From: an uncultured Pseudomonadota bacterium
Lineage (GTDB): Bacteria > Pseudomonadota > Alphaproteobacteria > Acetobacterales > Acetobacteraceae
Length of the DNA stretch: 64,000 nt
Direction of reading: 5' to 3'
NCBI GenBank assembly: GCA_963708245.1
Contig: OY970201.1
Location: 3,887,557-3,951,556 of the forward strand
The translations under genes and the position numbers were made by a program. Below the pieces are notes generated by a model. That model did no database searches. It saw only the letters and a list, made by a program, of their open reading frames with translations, and was not told the DNA's origin. Each line of letters starts with the position of its first letter. Position 1 is the first letter of the stretch. Shown piece after piece: positions 1-9,183 of this stretch.

Positions 1-1044
1 CCCCCTGCATCTCGACCACCGTCTCGCGCGCCAGCACCTGCGGGTCAGCGAACACCTCCGAAAGCTTGTTGATCGGGCCGCAGCCGATCTTCAGCGCCTC
101 CAGTTTCTCGACCCACCAGGCGGTCGGGTGACGCTGCATCACCGGCGTAAGAGTATCAGTAACGAGCTGACGGTTCCGCACACGCCCCGCGTTGGTGGCG
201 AAGCGAGCATCCTCCAACAAGTGCGTCAGCGCGAAGCTCTCGCAGAAGCGGTGGAATGTCGGGTCGTTTCCGATAGAAAGAACAATATACCCGTCGGCAG
301 TGGGGAAGACCTGGTACGGAGCGATATTCGGATGCTGATTACCAAGTCGTGGCGGATTCTCGCCGGTGGCCAGATAGTTCATGCCCTGATTAGCGAGCCA
401 CGCGACATGCGCATCGAGCATCCCGATATCGATCTGCTGACCTTCGCCGGTCGCGTCGCGATGACGCAAAGCCGCCAGGATGCCGATACAGCCATACAGT
501 CCGGCGAACAGATCGGCCACAGGCACGCCGACTTTCTGCGGCAGCCCCTCGGGCTCGCCGGTCAGGCTCATGACGCCACCCATCGCCTGGATAAGGCTGT
601 CGTAGCCCGGACGTGGAGCATAAGGTCCGGTCTGCCCGAAGCCGGTGATCGAGCAGTAGATCAGGCGTGGGAACGCCGCATGGAGCTGCTCGTAGCCCAG
701 CCCATATTTCGCCAGCGCACCGACCTTGAAATTCTCCGCCAGGATGTCGCACTGCGAGATCAGGCGGCGCGCGATCGCCTGTCCTTCGGGCCGCGCGATA
801 TCGAGCGCGACCGATAACTTGTTGCGGTTGACACCGGTGAAATAGGCGCTCTCCTGCGTCCCGGGCATGTACGGCGGTGCAAAGCCGCGGGTGTCGTCCC
901 CGCTGCCGGGCTTCTCGATCTTGATCACCTCGGCGCCGAGATCGGCAAGCATCTGCGTGCAGGTGGGCCCCGCAAGCACGCGCGTCAGGTCGAACACCCG
1001 AAGGCCCGCGAGCGGGCCGGAAGGAGCCGGGTTGGAGAGGGGCA
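1..1044 (-). CDS. CaiB/BaiF family (class III) CoA-transferase; 3' end runs off the window
   Basis: Absent from the ORF track because there is no stop in the window. Reverse complement from ATG 1044-1042 reads MPLSNPAPSGPLAGLRVFDLTRVLAGPTCTQMLADLGAEVIKIEKPGSGDDTRG...ITGFGQTGPYAPRPGYDSLIQAMGG, a canonical family III CoA-transferase N-terminus. The + ORFs 128..817 and 867..1802 are shadows of it. Confidence 0.8.
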
Positions 1045-1178
1045 TGCGGCGCTCCGGGTTCACGGTGGGTTCACGGCAAGGTACGGGGCAGGATATGCGG
1101 GTGCTCGCGATGAGAGGGACCAGAGGCTGTTGCGAGCCAGCCCCCCTCCGCAAGGCGCTACCGCAACGGGAAGGGGTT

Positions 1179-3035
1179 CTACTCCCACCCCATGCTGCCG
1201 AAGGCGGCTATCAGCTCTTCGATGCGGCGCGGATCGGACTGCTCCATCACCCGCCGGGCAAATCGAGCGCAGGCGTCGATATGCACCGACCGCACGGCCT
1301 GCTTAACCCGCGGCACCGCGGCCGCGTTCATGCTGAAGCTGCGCAGCCCCAGGCCGAGCAGCAGCGGCGTCAGCCTGGGGTCGGCGGCCATCTCGCCACA
1401 TACCGAGACCGGCTTACGCATCCGCAGCGCCGCCTCGGTGGAGAATTGGACCAGCCGCAGCACCGCCGGATGCAACGGGTCATACAGCTCGGCGACCTCG
1501 CTCTCGCCGCGATCCACCGCCAGTGTGTAGGCGGTCAGATCGTTGGTGCCGATCGCAAAGAAATCCGCCTCCAGCGCCAGCGCATCGGCCGACAGCGCCG
1601 CCCCCGGCGTCTCGATCATGATCCCCAGCAGCGGCAGCTTCTCGGGGATGCGATCGCCGCGCCGGCGCAGCCGCCGCACCACGCGTTCGTAAATCTCCCG
1701 TGCTGCCTTCACCTCGGCTACGGTAGTTACCATCGGCAGCATCACCCGCGCCGGCCCAGCCACCGCGGCGCGCAGGATGGCGGCGAGCTGTGTTTCCAAT
1801 AGCTCGGTCCGGCGCAGCAGCAGGCGGATCCCACGCAAACCGAGCGCCGGGTTGGTGTCCGCCGTCTCCGCGACGATACCGGCGCTGACCAGGGCCTCGA
1901 TCTCCTTCTCGCCACCCCAATCGAGCACGCGGATCGTCACCGGCGCGCCACTCATCGCCTCGATGATCGCGCGGTAAATCTCGGTCTGGGTGTCTTCGTC
2001 GGGCACCGTCTCGCGGTTCATGAAGATGAACTCGGTGCGCAGCAGGCCGATGCCGAAGGCGCCCGATTGCTGGATCAGCGGCAATTCGATCAGCAGCTCC
2101 AGATTGGCCTGCAGCTCCACCGCTTCGCCGTCCAACGTCTCGGCCGGCAGGCGCCGCAGCCTGGCGAAGCGTTGGCGCCGCCGAGCGAACGCCGTCACCG
2201 ACCGCCGCGCCGCCGCCAAGGCGACCTCGGACGGGTTGAGCACCACCCGCCCGGCGCTGCCATCCACGATCGCCATGTCCCCCGACCGGATCGCATGAGC
2301 GAGCCCGGGGGCGCCCAACACGGCCGGCACGCCGAGCGCCCGCAGCATCACCGCGGTATGGCCGTCCGCACCACCTTCTTCGGTCGCAACGCCGGCGAGC
2401 CGCGCCGGATCGAGCAATGCGGCGTCGGCCGGACGCAGCGCCTCGCACACCAGGATGGCCCCTTCGGGCAGGCCGGCGAAGCTCTGGAATGGCGCCCGCG
2501 TCAGGTTCCGAATCAGCCGGCGGGCGATCTCATGGATCTCGTCGGCACGCCGCCCCAGGCTCGCCCGGTCCTCGGCTGGCATGCCGGGTTCCGCCTGGGC
2601 CAGGATCGCACCGGCAATCGCCGCCGCCTCTTCCGCGACGGCGCTTTCCGCAGACAACAGCAGATCGCCAATGCGTTGGCGGGCGCCGCGGATCAACCGC
2701 GATGAGCCCAGCATACTAAGATAGGCGTCGATCAGCGGCCTGAACTCGGGCTGGCTGTCCTCGGGCAGCGCTTCCAACCGCGTACGGATCTTGGCGAGCT
2801 GCTTCCGTGATTGGGCGATGGCGGCATCCAGCCGGGCACCTTCGGCGCCGATATCCGCCGCCTGGATCTTGTGGCGAACGATTTTGGCATCGGGCTCCGA
2901 TGCGCCGAACACAGGGCCAATGGCGACGCCGGCTGAAACAGGGATGCCGACGAACACGGCCTCGGTTCGGTCGGCGCGCCTCAACAGGCCGGACAGCCGT
3001 TTGTGTTGTGGCGGCGGCGGTTCAGTCCTGTTCAC
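1179..3035 (-). CDS. ptsI: phosphoenolpyruvate-protein phosphotransferase (PTS enzyme I), no GAF domain
   Basis: 618-aa ORF with EI blocks: GGADGHTAVMLRALGVPAV (phospho-His region), LRTEFIFM, FFAIGTNDLTAYTLAVDR, VSVCGEMAADP. Overlaps the HPr gene by 14 nt. Confidence 0.9.
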   Translation of the reverse strand: MNRTEPPPPQHKRLSGLLRRADRTEAVFVGIPVSAGVAIGPVFGASEPDAKIVRHKIQAADIGAEGARLDAAIAQSRKQLAKIRTRLEALPEDSQPEFRPLIDAYLSMLGSSRLIRGARQRIGDLLLSAESAVAEEAAAIAGAILAQAEPGMPAEDRASLGRRADEIHEIARRLIRNLTRAPFQSFAGLPEGAILVCEALRPADAALLDPARLAGVATEEGGADGHTAVMLRALGVPAVLGAPGLAHAIRSGDMAIVDGSAGRVVLNPSEVALAAARRSVTAFARRRQRFARLRRLPAETLDGEAVELQANLELLIELPLIQQSGAFGIGLLRTEFIFMNRETVPDEDTQTEIYRAIIEAMSGAPVTIRVLDWGGEKEIEALVSAGIVAETADTNPALGLRGIRLLLRRTELLETQLAAILRAAVAGPARVMLPMVTTVAEVKAAREIYERVVRRLRRRGDRIPEKLPLLGIMIETPGAALSADALALEADFFAIGTNDLTAYTLAVDRGESEVAELYDPLHPAVLRLVQFSTEAALRMRKPVSVCGEMAADPRLTPLLLGLGLRSFSMNAAAVPRVKQAVRSVHIDACARFARRVMEQSDPRRIEELIAAFGSMGWE

Positions 3036-3348
3036 TGAAGCCGGACTCGACCAATCCCGCCAGCGCCTCCAGCGCCTCCTTGGCGTCCCATCCCTCAGCC
3101 CGCAACTCGATCTCCGCGCCCGGGCCGGCGCCCAGCATCATCAGACCCATGATGCTGCGCGACGACACACTCTGGCCGTCGCGCACAACATCAACCGAGG
3201 CACCGAAACGTTCGGCCAGGGTGACGAACTTGGCGGCGGCCCGGGCGTGCAATCCGCGCTTGTTCATCACCCGTACAGTGCGAGTAAGGACGGGCGCGCC
3301 GGTCGGGATGTTCTCGCCCGCGGGATCTGCGTCGCCCGACGCAGTCAT
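3022..3348 (-). CDS. ptsH: HPr/NPr phosphocarrier protein
   Basis: 108 aa. VMNKRGLHARAAAKFV is the active-site His motif, and SVSSRSIMGLMMLGAGPG is the regulatory Ser region. Confidence 0.85.
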   Translation of the reverse strand: MTASGDADPAGENIPTGAPVLTRTVRVMNKRGLHARAAAKFVTLAERFGASVDVVRDGQSVSSRSIMGLMMLGAGPGAEIELRAEGWDAKEALEALAGLVESGFSEQD

Positions 3349-3391
3349 GCCAACCCAAGCCTGATGCGGTTACCCCGGCCGCGACGCGGTC

Positions 3392-3826
3392 CTACTCGCA
3401 CGTGCCGTTCGCGCCATTGAGCTTCGGACATCGATGCAGCACATGCGATGCAGCCGCGATGTATTTGCGCCCGGCCGCCTCGGCACAATTGACCGCATCC
3501 GGCAACGGCTGATCAGAGCGTACCTTGGCGAGCTTTACTAACATCGGCAGATTCACCCCGGCGATCACCTCCACGCCCTTCCGCTCCATCATGGAGATGG
3601 CGAGGTTGGAGGGGGTTCCGCCGAACATGTCGGTCAGCAGTACGACACCGTCTCCGGTATCGCACTGCTCGATACATGCCTCGATCTCGGCGCGCCGGTT
3701 CTCGATGTCGTCTTCGGGACCGATGCAGATCGTGCCCACGTGCCGCTGCGTGCCCACAACGTGCTCCATGGCGGAACGCAGCTCCTCCGCCAGCCGGCCG
3801 TGGGTGATCAGGACCATGCCGATCAT
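3392..3826 (-). CDS. PTS EIIA component, mannose/fructose family
   Basis: 144 aa. MIGMVLITHGRLAEEL (His-containing N-terminus) and LLTDMFGGTPSN are typical of EIIA-Man. Confidence 0.85.
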   Translation of the reverse strand: MIGMVLITHGRLAEELRSAMEHVVGTQRHVGTICIGPEDDIENRRAEIEACIEQCDTGDGVVLLTDMFGGTPSNLAISMMERKGVEVIAGVNLPMLVKLAKVRSDQPLPDAVNCAEAAGRKYIAAASHVLHRCPKLNGANGTCE

Positions 3827-3877
3827 GGTGTCTTGTACACACCTCGAATGAAGGCACGGATAATCTCGGTCATCGTC

Positions 3878-4897
3878 TCACCTCAGGCCACCCTGGGCCT
3901 GCATCGGAGGCGGCCGCGCATTTCCGCCCCCCGCCTGCTCAGTCGTGCCGTCCCGACGCGGCTCCGGACGACCTGCCGTCCACACGGCAGACTGCCCCTC
4001 GCGCGCCAGCTCGCGATGAGCGACGTGGACCCCCCAAGCGACTTCGGCGTCACCGGCAGCGAACCGGGACGCCAAGCGGGCGGCGAGCCTCTCAACGATA
4101 TGCACCGAGCGGTGACGCCCCCCGGTGCAGCCGACTGCGATGGTGACGTATTTCTTGCCCTCTTGGACGAACCTCGGCAAGAGCAGCCCCAGTAGGCCGG
4201 CCACCTGGTCGAGGAAAGCCGGGAAGTCCGGATCGGCCTCGACATACGCGGCAACCTCGGGATCAAGCCCGGTTCGCAACCGCAAGATGGTGTCGTAGTG
4301 GGGATTCCGCAAAAACCGCGCATCGAATACCAGATCCGCGTCGCGCGGAAGGCCGAGCGGGTACGCAAACGAGATCAGCGTCACCGCCATGCGCAGTTGG
4401 CCGGCGGCGCTGTCCTCGCCGAAATGCCGCTCGACGAGAGCCCGCATCGCTCCCACCGGTAGTTCCGTGGTGTCGATCAGCAGGTCCGCGGCGTCGCGCA
4501 GCGCAGCAGTCAGCGTCCGCTCCTCGAGTACGCCGTCAATCACGCGTCCTTGCGGGGCAAGGGGATGGCGCCGGCGGCTCTCGGTGTACCGGCGCAGCAG
4601 CACCGTTTCGTCGGCGGTCACGTAGACAAGTTCTGGCTGCAGCGCCGGATTGGTGCGCAGTCGCGCCAGAGCGTCCAGGACACGATCGGCGTCGAATCCC
4701 CGGGTGCGCGCGTCGACCCCGATCGCCAGTCTCCGCTCGCTGCGGGTGACCATCTCCTCGAGCATGGTCAGCGGCGGATTATCGACCGTCTCGTAGCCAA
4801 GATCCTCCAGCACTCGGAGCACCGACAGCTTGCCGGACCCGGACAGGCCGGTCACCAGCACCACCCGCAGGGGCGCAGCGGCGGCAGTCGGGCTCAC
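3878..4897 (-). CDS. rapZ: RNase adapter / nucleotide-binding protein RapZ (YhbJ), with a C-terminal extension
   Basis: 339 aa. Walker A VLVTGLSGSGKLSVLRVLEDLGYETVDNPP, CTGGRHRSV motif, GTG start. The last ~45 aa (G/P/R-rich) extend past the usual family end. Confidence 0.9.
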   Translation of the reverse strand: MSPTAAAAPLRVVLVTGLSGSGKLSVLRVLEDLGYETVDNPPLTMLEEMVTRSERRLAIGVDARTRGFDADRVLDALARLRTNPALQPELVYVTADETVLLRRYTESRRRHPLAPQGRVIDGVLEERTLTAALRDAADLLIDTTELPVGAMRALVERHFGEDSAAGQLRMAVTLISFAYPLGLPRDADLVFDARFLRNPHYDTILRLRTGLDPEVAAYVEADPDFPAFLDQVAGLLGLLLPRFVQEGKKYVTIAVGCTGGRHRSVHIVERLAARLASRFAAGDAEVAWGVHVAHRELAREGQSAVWTAGRPEPRRDGTTEQAGGGNARPPPMQAQGGLR

Positions 4898-5379
4898 GGC
4901 ACAAAAGCTCCGGCGACCTGCGACACGCGGCCGAGCGCGCAGTCGAGCGCCAGCGCCACGCGCTCGGGTGCCGAGGCGGCGAACGCCTCGACCATGACCA
5001 GCGGCAGGTCGAGCCCGGCGTGCCGCCGCGGCTCCGGCAGCCGTGCCGGTGCGCCAAGCTCTACCGCGAGCATCAGCCGGGCTTCCGCAGCGTACGCTAG
5101 CCGCACGATCCCCAGTCCGCGCACCTCCAGCAGGCCGGCCAAGCCGGGCGCCGGTCGCGCCAGCCCGTTCTCGATCACCACGCGATCGTCAGCAACCAGG
5201 ACGAAACCCCGCGATAGCAGCCGCAGCGCCAGATCCGACTTTCCGGAGCCTGGCGGTCCGAGCAGCAACACGCCTGCCCCCTCCCGCGACACACAGCTCG
5301 CGTGGATGTGGCCCTGGCTGCCCATGGCCCACAATTTGAGCCGGTGCGAGGCGGAAAGGAAGTGCCCCGATGCGGGCAT
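4894..5379 (-). CDS. hprK: HPr kinase/phosphorylase, short alphaproteobacterial form
   Basis: 161 aa. P-loop LLLGPPGSGKSDLALRL, LVADDRV, LEVRGLGIV. The stop overlaps the rapZ start. Confidence 0.85.
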   Translation of the reverse strand: MPASGHFLSASHRLKLWAMGSQGHIHASCVSREGAGVLLLGPPGSGKSDLALRLLSRGFVLVADDRVVIENGLARPAPGLAGLLEVRGLGIVRLAYAAEARLMLAVELGAPARLPEPRRHAGLDLPLVMVEAFAASAPERVALALDCALGRVSQVAGAFVP

Positions 5380-5524
5380 CGTCGCAGAAATGATCCCGCG
5401 CGAGCCCTGCTGTCGCCTCCCGCATATCCTGGTATGGCAGAAGGAGACTAGGAGACTGGCCCTCCCGCGACTTTCAGACCCCTCAGGCGAGGGGCCGAAA
5501 CACGGATATTCAAAAGGTTATCGG

Positions 5525-5930
5525 ATGACGCTCGTTCTGCTAGAAATCGACCAGCGCGGCGTGGCGACCGCCACGTTGAACCGGCCGGACATTGGTAACG
5601 CTTATAACGAGGAGTTGCGGGCGAGTTGATTGCCGGGCTGGAGCGGCTGGCGCCGGACCCAACGGTGCGGTGCCTCGCGCTGCGCGGTGCCGGCAAGCAT
5701 TTCCAGGCCGGCGCGGACGCGGTGACTACGGGAACTGCTTTCGGCCCGCTCGCCCTTTCCAGACATCCAGGCACGGCGTCGATGGGCGCGCTTGCTGATC
5801 AACCTCGGCTGCGCGCTGACGGCGAGCCTAGTGTTCGTCTCGTCGATGGTGGCTGCCTCGGAAGGGCTGTGCAGATCCCGGCCGGCCGAGTATTCAAGCG
5901 CGGACGAGGGCGCCTTTTTGACTCAGGATG
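5525..5930 (+). pseudogene. enoyl-CoA hydratase (crotonase family) remnant, frameshifted
   Basis: ATG 5525 gives MTLVLLEIDQRGVATATLNRPDIGNAYNEEL, then a stop. The next frame continues LIAGLERLAPDPTVRCLALRGAGKHFQAGAD. Downstream frames retain only faint crotonase similarity. The 3' limit is uncertain. Confidence 0.5.
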
Positions 5931-5988
5931 GAAAGTGATCGCATGCTGACATTCATGCGCACCACCACAGTGGAGGGAACCGAGGCAT

Positions 5989-6519
5989 ATGACTGAAAAG
6001 CATACACCTACCCGACACGCGGGACAGACGGGAGGGTTGACCGACCTTTCGGCCGACGCCACTCGGGATATTAGCGCGGCACTTTCCGGTCTATTGGCTG
6101 ACGTCTTTGCTCTTTACCTGAAGACGAAGAACTTCCATTGGCATATGAGCGGGCCGCACTTCCGCGACTATCACCTGCTGCTAGACGAGCAGGGTGACCA
6201 GATTTTCGCAATGACCGATCCCATCGCTGAGAGGGCGCGCAAGATCGGCGGCACCACGCTGCGGTCCATCGGGCATATCGCACGAATGCAGCGTATTGCC
6301 GACAATGATGCAGAATACGTTGAGCCACAGGATATGCTCGCCGAGCTAAAGGACGACAATATCCGTCTGACCTCGGCGATGCGCCAGGTGCACAATACCT
6401 GCGACGAGTACGGCGACGTCGCGACAGCGAGCCTGCTTGAGGTCTGGATCGACGAGACTGAGCGGCGCAGTTGGTTCCTCTACGAGGCGGCACGCCGCCC
6501 GGCAGGCTCTAACGGCTGA
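5989..6519 (+). CDS. dps: Dps family DNA starvation/stationary-phase protection protein
   Basis: 176 aa. LLADVFALYLKTKNFHWHMSGPHFRDYHLLLDEQ is the Dps ferroxidase signature. Confidence 0.9.
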   Translation: MTEKHTPTRHAGQTGGLTDLSADATRDISAALSGLLADVFALYLKTKNFHWHMSGPHFRDYHLLLDEQGDQIFAMTDPIAERARKIGGTTLRSIGHIARMQRIADNDAEYVEPQDMLAELKDDNIRLTSAMRQVHNTCDEYGDVATASLLEVWIDETERRSWFLYEAARRPAGSNG

Positions 6520-6591
6520 TTCGCAACGGGCGGAACACGCATCTGAACTGGTGCGCACCGTCGAAGCGGCCTGGCTAGGGAGGAGGTGGGA

Positions 6592-7053
6592 ATGCCGCGT
6601 CATGAGGAGCAGGCGATCCTCGACTATGGTGCCGACGAGCTTTTCGCAGTCGTGGCAGATGTGAAGGATTATCCGCTGTTCGTCCCCTGGTGCAGCGGCG
6701 CGCGCATTCGCCGGGAGGACCAGCGAGAGATCATCGCTGATCTCGTCATCGGATTCGGTCCATTCCAAGAGAGCTTTACAAGCCAGGTCACGCTGGATCG
6801 ACCGCGACAGGTACTGGTTCGCGCCATCGAGGGGCCGCTCGAGCACCTGACAAACACGTGGACGTTCACCCCGGTTAAAGACAGGACCCACGTTGACTTT
6901 GTCATTGACTTTCAGTTCAAGAGCCATCTGCTCGATCATGTTGCGAATGGCATGTTCCACGAGGCCGCGACTCGCATGGTGAGTGCATTCGAGTCTCGGG
7001 TGCACTTGCTCCATCTGATGAAGCGCCATGCGAGTCAGGACCCATCCCTCTGA
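6592..7053 (+). CDS. SRPBCC (START/COQ10/RatA-like) family protein
   Basis: ATG 6592 is preceded by GGGAGGAGG. YGADELFAVVADVKDYPLFVPWC and TNTWTFTP are typical of the RatA/COQ10 family. Confidence 0.75.
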   Translation: MPRHEEQAILDYGADELFAVVADVKDYPLFVPWCSGARIRREDQREIIADLVIGFGPFQESFTSQVTLDRPRQVLVRAIEGPLEHLTNTWTFTPVKDRTHVDFVIDFQFKSHLLDHVANGMFHEAATRMVSAFESRVHLLHLMKRHASQDPSL

Positions 7054-7103
7054 CACGACATCATTGATGCAAAAAAGGCCCAAGGCGCGCGCGGCCCACG
7101 CGG

Positions 7104-7430
7104 TCAGCCAGGCCCTCTTCTCGAACACGGACTGCGCGACACAGACCCCAGCGCGCAGCGTAAAGGAGCTGCGTCCTCGCGCCGTGCTAGCTTGGTCCAG
7201 GCATCCAAGCGCTGGTTGCGAATCTTACAGTAATGGTGGCGCCAGCACGGTTTCGGCAGGCCAACCTCATCACAGTTCGTATTAACCCGCTCAATAAGTG
7301 ACCGAATGCTCGGGGGGTCAGGCTGTGGATAATAGCATCGCAGGTGCCCATCGATGAGCTCATCGGCCCTGGGATCGATCTTGCTCGTCCCGGGGGACGC
7401 TCTCCTCGACGACCTGCCCAGGCCATACAC
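7104..7430 (-). pseudogene. N-terminal fragment of a Mu/TniA-type DDE transposase (mobile-element remnant)
   Basis: 108-aa ORF. DELIDGHLRCYYPQPDPPSIRSLIERVNTNCDEVGLPKP...LARREDAAPL resembles the HTH/N-terminal part of TniA/TnsB-like transposases. No catalytic domain follows. Confidence 0.3.
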
Positions 7431-7436
7431 GCGCCA

Positions 7437-7769
7437 TCAGGCGAGCTGCAGCAGAAAATCTACCGGGTTCCTCGATTTAGGACGGAACTTCGAAACCCGA
7501 ATTTCGCGGCGATGGCGGAAGCGGTCGGCATACGCGGGATCAGGCTGGAGGATCCAGCCGAAGCTAATGATGGGATCACCACCGGGCTGGCCCAGGCCCG
7601 TCCTGATCGACGCGGTTGTCAACCGGACGGAACTTGCAATGCCACCCTCGATCACCATTGAGATGGCAAAGGGCTTCTCGCTCTACTGAAAGCGATCATC
7701 AACGGCCGGGTCGACGAGGTCGTCGATCTCACAAAGACAATCTCTGGCGGCGAGGCGGATCTCGAATAA
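7437..7769 (+). pseudogene. poxB: C-terminal remnant of an E. coli-type pyruvate:quinone oxidoreductase (PoxB), multiply frameshifted
   Basis: Three frames together read ...NPNFAAMAEAVGIRGIRLEDPAE / PVLIDAVVNRTELAMPPSITIEMAKGFSLY / LKAIINGRVDEVVDLTKT..., matching the PoxB C-terminus including the membrane-binding tail. Its TAA (7767-7769) overlaps the cydA ATG. Confidence 0.6.
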
Positions 7770-9181
7770 TGGACACCACGGCACTTCTCCTGTCGCGAGT
7801 GCAGTTCGCATTCACGGTCTCGTTCCACATCATATTCCCATCGTTCACGATCGGCCTGGCGGCATGCCTGACGGTGCTGGAGGCTCTGCATCTCTGGACC
7901 AGGCGTCCGGCGTACCGTCTGGTCTTCGAGTTCTGGCTAAAGATTTTCGGCATCGCATTTGGGCTCGGCGTCGTCTCCGGCATCGTCATGGCGTTCCAAT
8001 TCGGCTCCAACTGGAGCGTGTTGGCGCGTATGTCAGGGCCAATCCAAGGGCCGCTGCTCGCGTATGAGACCTTCACCGCCTTCGCCTTGGAAGCCAGCTT
8101 TTTTGGCATCTTGCTATTCGGCCGCTCGCGTGTTCCGCCGTGGTTCTACCTGTTTTCGACCGCGATGGTAGCGCTTGGCACAACGCTGTCGGCCTTCTGG
8201 ATCCTGGTCAACAACAGTTGGATGCAGGTGCCGGTCGGCTACGTCGTCGAGAATGGTCGCTTCGTTCCGGATGACTGGGCCAAGATCATCTTCAGTCCGG
8301 TGCTATGGGTGCGCTTCCCGCACATGCTGCTTGCGTCATATCTTGTCGGCGCTTTCTGTGTTGCTGCGACCGGGGCCTGGTACCTGCTGCGCCAGGTGTT
8401 CACCGCTGAGGCTCGCATCATGCTGCGCATGGGCCTCGGTCTCGCGGCCGTGTTGGTGCCGATCCAGCTCATCTTCGGACATCTGAACGGTGAATACGTT
8501 GTTCACCACCAGCCGTCGAAGATGGCAGCGATAGAGGCAAGATGGCACAACGAGAAGCCGGCTTCTGAGGTGCTGCTCGCCTGGCCGGACGTCGGGAATC
8601 GGCGAAACCTCTTCGCGATCACGCTGCCTCCGCCATTTGGGAGCCTGATCAACTCAGACAGCCTGTCGGCGGCAGAGGTGGGGCTGGATAGCATCCCGCC
8701 GCAAAATTGGCCACCGGTGCTGATCCCATTCTTCACATTCCGCATCATGGTCGGTTGCGGGCTGGTCATGCTGCTGGTTGCCTGGATTGGTTCCTATCTG
8801 AACCACAAAGGGCGCCTTGAGCAGAACCGGCTGCTGCTGTCGGCCACGTTTCTCAGCTTCCCACTGCCTTACATTGCAATATGGACTGGGTGGTTCACTG
8901 CCGAGGTCGGGCGCCAGCCCTGGACCGTTTACGGAGTTCTCAGGACGGCCGAGGCAATGACGCCATTTTTGACGGCGCAGGCGGCCCTGATTTCGCTGAT
9001 CGTCTTTTGCGCCGTCTACAGCTTCATCTTCATCTTTGGGATCTTCTATATTTACAAACTTCTGCGTGCCGGCCCCGAGGGGCATCTGGTGCTGCCGCCC
9101 GCCGGCGCTGTTCCGAACCGTCCGATGTCGGTTGTCCATAGCGATCTGACCGGTCCTCGTCGGCTCCCCGCGGGAGAATAG
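7769..9181 (+). CDS. cydA: cytochrome bd-type ubiquinol oxidase subunit I (short Q-loop / CIO-like length)
   Basis: Start taken at MDTTALLLSRVQFAFTVSFHIIFPSFTIGLA (ATG 7769), not the track start 7616. GRQPW motif present. 470 aa. Confidence 0.9.
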   Translation: MDTTALLLSRVQFAFTVSFHIIFPSFTIGLAACLTVLEALHLWTRRPAYRLVFEFWLKIFGIAFGLGVVSGIVMAFQFGSNWSVLARMSGPIQGPLLAYETFTAFALEASFFGILLFGRSRVPPWFYLFSTAMVALGTTLSAFWILVNNSWMQVPVGYVVENGRFVPDDWAKIIFSPVLWVRFPHMLLASYLVGAFCVAATGAWYLLRQVFTAEARIMLRMGLGLAAVLVPIQLIFGHLNGEYVVHHQPSKMAAIEARWHNEKPASEVLLAWPDVGNRRNLFAITLPPPFGSLINSDSLSAAEVGLDSIPPQNWPPVLIPFFTFRIMVGCGLVMLLVAWIGSYLNHKGRLEQNRLLLSATFLSFPLPYIAIWTGWFTAEVGRQPWTVYGVLRTAEAMTPFLTAQAALISLIVFCAVYSFIFIFGIFYIYKLLRAGPEGHLVLPPAGAVPNRPMSVVHSDLTGPRRLPAGE

Positions 9182-9183
9182 CA

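Noticed and set aside
128-1802. Long + strand ORFs 128..817 (229 aa) and 867..1802 (311 aa)
   Set aside because: They lie antisense to the clearly recognisable CoA-transferase and EI genes and have R/A/G/P-rich, motif-free translations. These are typical shadow ORFs of a high-GC genome.
4550-5629. 359-aa + strand ORF spanning rapZ and hprK
   Set aside because: It is antisense shadow over rapZ and hprK. Only its last 34 codons (MTLVLLEIDQRGVATATLNRPDIGNAYNEEL) carry a real signal, the crotonase remnant.
7324-7332. Perfect DnaA boxes: TGTGGATAA at 7324-7332 and TTATCCACA at 24447-24455
   Set aside because: Both are isolated single boxes, one in transposase debris and one inside lutA. Neither has a neighbouring box cluster, an AT-rich element or origin synteny. 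They are best treated as chance or titration sites, not as an origin.
7616-7768. Track start for cydA at 7616 (521 aa)
   Set aside because: The first 51 residues are out-of-frame read-through of the poxB remnant. The conserved CydA N-terminus (MDTTALLLSRVQFAFTVSFH) starts at ATG 7769.
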